Below are positions 58,553 to 64,000 of a DNA stretch of 64,000 nucleotides, in pieces. The notes beneath the pieces are model-generated. The model saw only the letters and a list, made by a program, of their open reading frames with translations, had not been told where the DNA came from and did no database searches. The stretch comes from Takakia lepidozioides (lineage: Eukaryota; Plantae; Bryophyta), in assembly GCA_030704615.1 (NCBI GenBank), contig CM060734.1, forward strand, positions 17,732,001 through 17,796,000. The letters run 5' to 3'. Within the stretch, counting starts at the first letter, position 1; every line of letters begins with the position of its first letter. Both the position numbers and the translations under genes were made by a program.

Positions 58553-60130
58553 TGTCGCGCACCTCACTTCGGTAAACCCCCCCTCAAGTTATAGATACTC
58601 GCTTGATGCGCGCGCCTAACTCCCAACCTGGCCGCCGGGCCAACTTGGAGCTTCGGCTGCTCACCGGGGCATAACGGTCCCCCTTTGATCTCCCAAAGAA
58701 CCCTCCAACGATTTGGAACCAGCGGAACTCCCTTTGGTAGTTGACAGTCCGGAACAGCTCCCCACTCTTTGGTCGCTTTCCGGCTCGCTCGCTTACTCAC
58801 TAGTTTTTGGTCACCAACGGGCTTGCACCGTTCTCGGGGTTACTACTCCCTATATATACTTCTGTAGCTGTCCGCGGGGGTTTCACAAACAACCATGCCA
58901 TTTTATGGCGAACCACCACGAACACCCTCGACTCCCGGTGATGAGTCGCGGTGAGTCTTGGCCCACCCACCACGGCCCCTATGGACCGTGATGAGTCCCA
59001 AGACTCCCCACGACTCCCACCACAAGGTCTCCGCCCCAGGGTGAGTCCTATGCCACCCCCACTAAGTCCCGCTAAGCTACCACCCCCACCGCAACCCGGT
59101 GTGCGGGGCTCCACCTAGTGAGCGCCTCCGCCTCCTTCAGTGCCTTAGGCACTCAAGGGTGCTTCAGCCCCCCATACCTATCGCTGCCACTGCCCCCACC
59201 ATAGGGGCAGCCCCTCTTTTGTCCCGACCCCCTTCCCTCAAGGCAAAGGGCCGCGACACACACCCCTACCAACAGGGAGTCGATGTCTTCATCGGCTTGT
59301 CCATTTTGTGGAAACGAACATCCAAGTTGTGGCGTCCCACATCAAGGAGTTTGTTTCCGTACCATGGCGTCCCATGGCAAAGAACCAAACCCCACACTTG
59401 ACTCTACTCTCCACTAGCTAGTTCGGCCGGCTTCCTCCAAGTCCCGGCCAAGGGTGGAGCCTCTCAAGCTCCTCCCAGTGCACTCTTCTTGGCCTACTTC
59501 AAGGCCAAGGAACGATCCTCCCCGAGGATCGAATCGCCTTACTGCAACAACATTGCTTGCGACCGCTCATGATGCCACTTTTGGCATCACCTTGAGCAAG
59601 GGTTCACCTCGAACCCTCTTTGACTAGGAAGATAACCTTGAACCAACCGCGCGCCCCAATCACTACAATTGGGTCCGCCTTGGAATGCTGGCCTGAGGTA
59701 TGGGAACACGCCGAAGCCGCACTACGACTTCGTCCCGAGGCTACACGATTATAGTACGTGAACGGAAGCACGTAGCTTCCGTGTTAGCCCGCACTACAAA
59801 GCAACCCCCTCGGTAGCGCAGTTATAGTATGTGCACGCGTCAGGTGCGCACTAGCACGTGAACTCCTAAAGAAGGCGCAAGTTTCCTTGCCCCTTGGATG
59901 GGAGTCACCTGATTTTGGCACTGCGCAAACACACGATTAACCCAATTTACCTCTCCCACTTTTGTAAGATAGCATACATTCTACACACTAGCCAACCACA
60001 CCATGCATCACCATTCCAAACAAAATAGGAAGCACAACATTTGAAACCCATTTCCTTTATAACAAATTTTTGTACAATACAAGTTTTTGCAATCGGATTC
60101 CTAAGCTAGCTAAACCGGGCTAAGCATGCA
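58553..60130 (-). repeat. Chromovirus 3' LTR (second insertion)
   Basis: Reverse complement of 1450-3041 with scattered differences; PPT at 60131-60147; no PBS beyond its end. Confidence 0.9.
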
Positions 60131-60444
60131 TTTCCTCCCCCACGCTCCAAGGTTGATGTCCTCATCAACGCTTCTTCCGCTTTTGAGGTCACCCTTCGAA
60201 AACTGCAACCGCCTCGGATGCGTTTCCCATTTCTGAGGCACGCACCCAAGATGCGTGCGTTCTACACACTAGCCAACCATACCATGCATCACCATTCCAA
60301 ACAAAATAGGAGGCGCAACATTTGGAAACCATTTCATTTATAACAAAATTTGAACAACACAAGTTTTTGCAATCGGATTCCTGAGCTAGCTAAGCCGGAC
60401 TAAGCATGCATTTCCTCCCCCACGATCCAAGGTTGATGTCCCCA

Positions 60445-63400
60445 TCAACGCTTCTTCCGCTTTTGAGGTCGCCCTTCGAAAGCTGCAACCGCCTCGGATG
60501 CATTTCCCATTTTTGAGGCACGCACCCAAGATGCCTCCACATGATGATAGCCCTTCCATTTCACGAGATACTCTGTTTCTCGATTCTTGAACCTCCTCGA
60601 CTTAAGCACTTCCTCCACCTCGTACTCAGGTTCATTTTCATGATCCAACAGCACAGGTGGCGGACGCAACACTTGATGCCGATTCAGACGCGCTTCATCT
60701 TTGAAGTACGGCTTCAAAAGGGAGACGTGGAATACCGGATGCACCTTGCTGTTTGTCGGCAGCTCCAATTCATACACATCCTCATTCATAACCTTCCGGA
60801 TGCGAAAGGGGCCTGCATACGGAGGTACGAACTTTGGACTCATTTCCGGAGGTAGTAAAAAATTCTTGATGTTCCAGACCTCCGTGCTTGCCTCAAACTT
60901 CACTTCCCTCCGCTTCCGATTCGCCTGCCTTTCATACCGTTTCCTAGCTTTGGCAATGTTGTACTTTGCGAGCTTCAATAATCGCTCGCGTTCTCCCAGT
61001 ACCGCCGCTACTGCCGGTTCCTCAACGTCCTGGGCGGCCCAACTTGTCGGCACCAGAGGTGCTTTTCCATAGACCAATACGAAAGGGGAAACTCCCGTTG
61101 CGGAGTGTTCTGTGTTATTATAATAGAACTCTGCTGCGTCTAAGTGTTCCACCCAGTCTGTTTGGTCTGCTGACACGTAATTCCGCAAGATCTGCTTCAC
61201 TACGGAATTCACTCTTTCCGTTTGGCCGTCGGTCGTAGGTCAGAAGGCGGTGCTCATCTTCAGCCTCGTCCCCATCTTCTTCCAAAGTGCCCTCCAAAAT
61301 TTACTCGTAAACTTTGGATCGCGGTCCGAGACAATATCCTTCGGGACTCCATGATGCTTTAAGACGTGGGCGAAGTAAAGTCGCCCTGTTTCTTGCGCCA
61401 TTGCCGTCTCCTTGGTGGGGATGAAATGGCCCATTTTACTGAACCTATCCACCACCACCATGATTGCATCGAATCCTTTTGACAGTGACATAGCAGTCAT
61501 GAAATCCATCGAGACGCTTTCCCAAGTCCCCTCTGGAATCGGCAAGGGTTGTAACAGCCCCGCTTGCTTTTTGTACTCGCTCCGGTTTTGTTGGCATGTG
61601 GTGCATGTCTTGACATACTCATTTGCCTCCTCCCTCAGTTGGGCCAGAAATACTCTTTCTTCAAGAGTGCCGTAGTGCGCTTGGCTCCGCCGTGGCCCGC
61701 AAGCGGGCTATCATGGCATTCTCTCAAGAGGCTATCTCTGATCCCTCCCTTCGGCACGTAGAGACGCGTTTGCTTATACCGGAGCAGTCCATTTTGCAAG
61801 TGGAACTGCGATTTAACCCCCATCCTCAAGTCCTACATCACGGACTTCGCCAACTCATCCTTTCGGCAAGCCTTCCGGATCTTCCTTTGGAGTGCCGTCT
61901 CGCCCCTGTACACCAACATGAGCTGTTGCTTTCTACTTAAAGCATCGGCCACCACGTTGTCCCGTCCCGGTTTGTATTGGATATCCACGTCGAACACCGC
62001 CAAAGTATCTTGCCACCTAAGTTGTTTTGGGGACAACTTGGGCTACGTGGCAAAATACTTCACCGTGACATTGTCCGTGAACACCTTCACTGGGTTGGAA
62101 CCAACATAGTGGCGCCAAAGCTCAAGACAGTGCACCACCGCTTTCATCTCTTTCTCGTGCGTCGGCCACCGTCGCTCCACTTCATTTAGTTTCTTACTTT
62201 CGTAAGTCACTGGACGTCCATCTTGCATCAGTACACCCCCAATCTCAAAGTCCGACGTATCTGTATGAATCTCGAACGGACAATCGAACTCCGGGATTTT
62301 CAAGACTGGAGCTTCCACCATCTATTGCTTCAATTCAGCAAAAGCTTGGCCACAAAAGGTGTTCCATGCCCAGACTTTGGATTTACACAGAAGGTCTGAC
62401 AGCGGCCCCCGCGATCTTGGCGAAATTTCTCACATACTTCCGGTAATAGGAGGCGAGTCCTAGGAAGGATCGCACTCCGGGACCGAAGTCGGAGGCTCCC
62501 AGTCCAAGATTGCCCTCACCTTCCTGTCATCCATTCTGATCCCATCCTGTGTAATCACATGCCCTAGGAACTCCACTTTTGTGACCCCAAATTTGCACTT
62601 TGAAGCTTTGGCATACAGCTTCCCTTCCCGCAATTTCTGGAACACCCTTTTGAGGTGCTCCAGGTGCCCCTCCTTTGTTTTCGAATACACCAAGATGTCG
62701 TCGATGTACACGATCACAAAGTCATCCAACCACTCCTGGAAAAGGCTGTTCATCAGCGTGCTAAAGGTCGCGGGAGCGTTGGTGAGTCCAAAAGGCATCA
62801 CCAAGAACTCATATGAACCATACCTTGTCCTGCACACGGTCTTCTCCTCATCTCCTTCCGCCACTTTAATTTGATGATAGCCGGAGCGCAGATCGATCCG
62901 GCTGAAATACTTCGCTCCTGCCAACCGATCGAAAAGGTCGTTGATCCTTGGCAAAGGGTACCGGTTTTTTATAGTCACCTTATTCAAAGCCCTGTAATCG
63001 ACACACATCCGCAGCGTCCCATCCTTCTTGTCTGCGAATAGCACCGGGGCTCCGTAAGGTGACTTACTCGGCCGGATGTACCCCTTTGACATTAGATCTT
63101 TGAGCTGAGTCTTCAACTCAACCAAATCTCTGTGGCTCAACCGGTAGGGCGCCTTGGCAAGCGGTTCTGATCCCGGTATCACCTCAATCTTGTGGTCAAC
63201 TCCTCTTTGCGGTGGCAAGCTGCTTGGTAAATCCTCCAGCATCACATACTGGTATTTCTCCAAGATCCCCTTGATCCAATCTGGGCTCGGCTCCCCATCG
63301 CCTTCTCCCTTCACTTCTCTAATGTAGAGCAAAAAGTGGGGCTCGTGTGCCTCCTCCACGGCCCACTCCCTTGCTGACAAAAGGTTTATTCGCCCTCCCA

Positions 63401-64000
63401 CGGGTTTGGGCGTTTCTGACACTCGTAAGACCTCGCCACCATTCCCACATGGCAGCGTGACTACTCTCTTGCGGCCATCTATGACCGCTCCGGATTTGCT
63501 CAAAAAGTTCATCCCCAAAATGAGATCCACTCCATCGATCTCGCAGATGGTGAAGTTCTCACGTCCCTCCCAACTCCCCAGTTAAAGAGGAACATCAAAT
63601 GCCAACCTTGTCGCCAATTGCGGTTCTCCTTTGGCAGAACGCACCTCAATAGAGGTCCCTACGTCACTTGTCGGGAGTCCCAGCTTTTGTGCTGTTGCCG
63701 GTGTCATAAAGAAGTGCGACGCTCCTGTGTCCACCAACAACGACACGTTAGTTCCGGATATTATCCCATCCACGAATAGTAACTGACTCCCTTTATGTAA
63801 GGCGCCAATTTCCTGATACAACTTACAAGAAAATTTGCCTACCTTGCAAGTCCTGGCGACCACCGCTTCCACCAAGCGACTGATGGTATCTTCGACAGCT
63901 CTGTGGTCGCCCGAGTCATGTTCAATTGCCGGGGCTTCGTGCACTTCTTGGCCATGTGCCCGGGCTCCCCGCAATTGAAACACACTCCATCAAAGGTCGC
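60445..64000 (-). pseudogene. Chromovirus gag-pol (zinc knuckle, protease, RT, RNase H, integrase, chromodomain), frameshifted
   Basis: CFNCGEPGH..C; LLVDTGAS; YIDD; HTD..IGGVL; SMDF; chromodomain EYLVKWKGY. Confidence 0.95.

Noticed and set aside
1-64000. The window ends form a giant inverted repeat (1-3041 vs 58553-61860), suggesting one huge TIR element
   Set aside because: These are two chromovirus insertions in opposite orientation, each with its own PPT/LTR and independent mutations.

Overview
Eukaryotic, repeat-saturated DNA with no intact host gene. It is most likely from a non-seed land plant; this is inferred from GT-AG introns, plant-type RPL17/MED4 fragments and a tRNA-iMet PBS. 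The window is a stack of nested, mostly decayed transposons. (1) Two copies of one Ty3/gypsy chromovirus lie in opposite orientation at the window ends. (2) A Ty3/gypsy element encodes a C5-cytosine DNA methyltransferase and a PHD finger, and its internal part is inverted. (3) A hAT transposase sits between palindromic arrays, and there are two tRNA-derived SINEs. (4) There are RING and HECT ubiquitin-ligase-like ORFs and captured RPL17/MED4 fragments. (5) Main finding: a 15,152-bp Mutator-like element (26137-41288) delimited by short TIRs and a 9-bp TSD. It carries a DDE/SWIM transposase and, divergently, a spliced gene encoding a ParB/Srx-like domain (DGNHR) fused to a beta-class N4C/N6A-type DNA methyltransferase. 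A strongly diverged homologue of this ParB-MTase gene (18653-23500) and a second MULE transposase (51298-53975) lie in the flanks. Each ParB-MTase gene carries its own palindromic repeat array in an equivalent intron. All domain calls come from reading motifs by eye; no database search was run.
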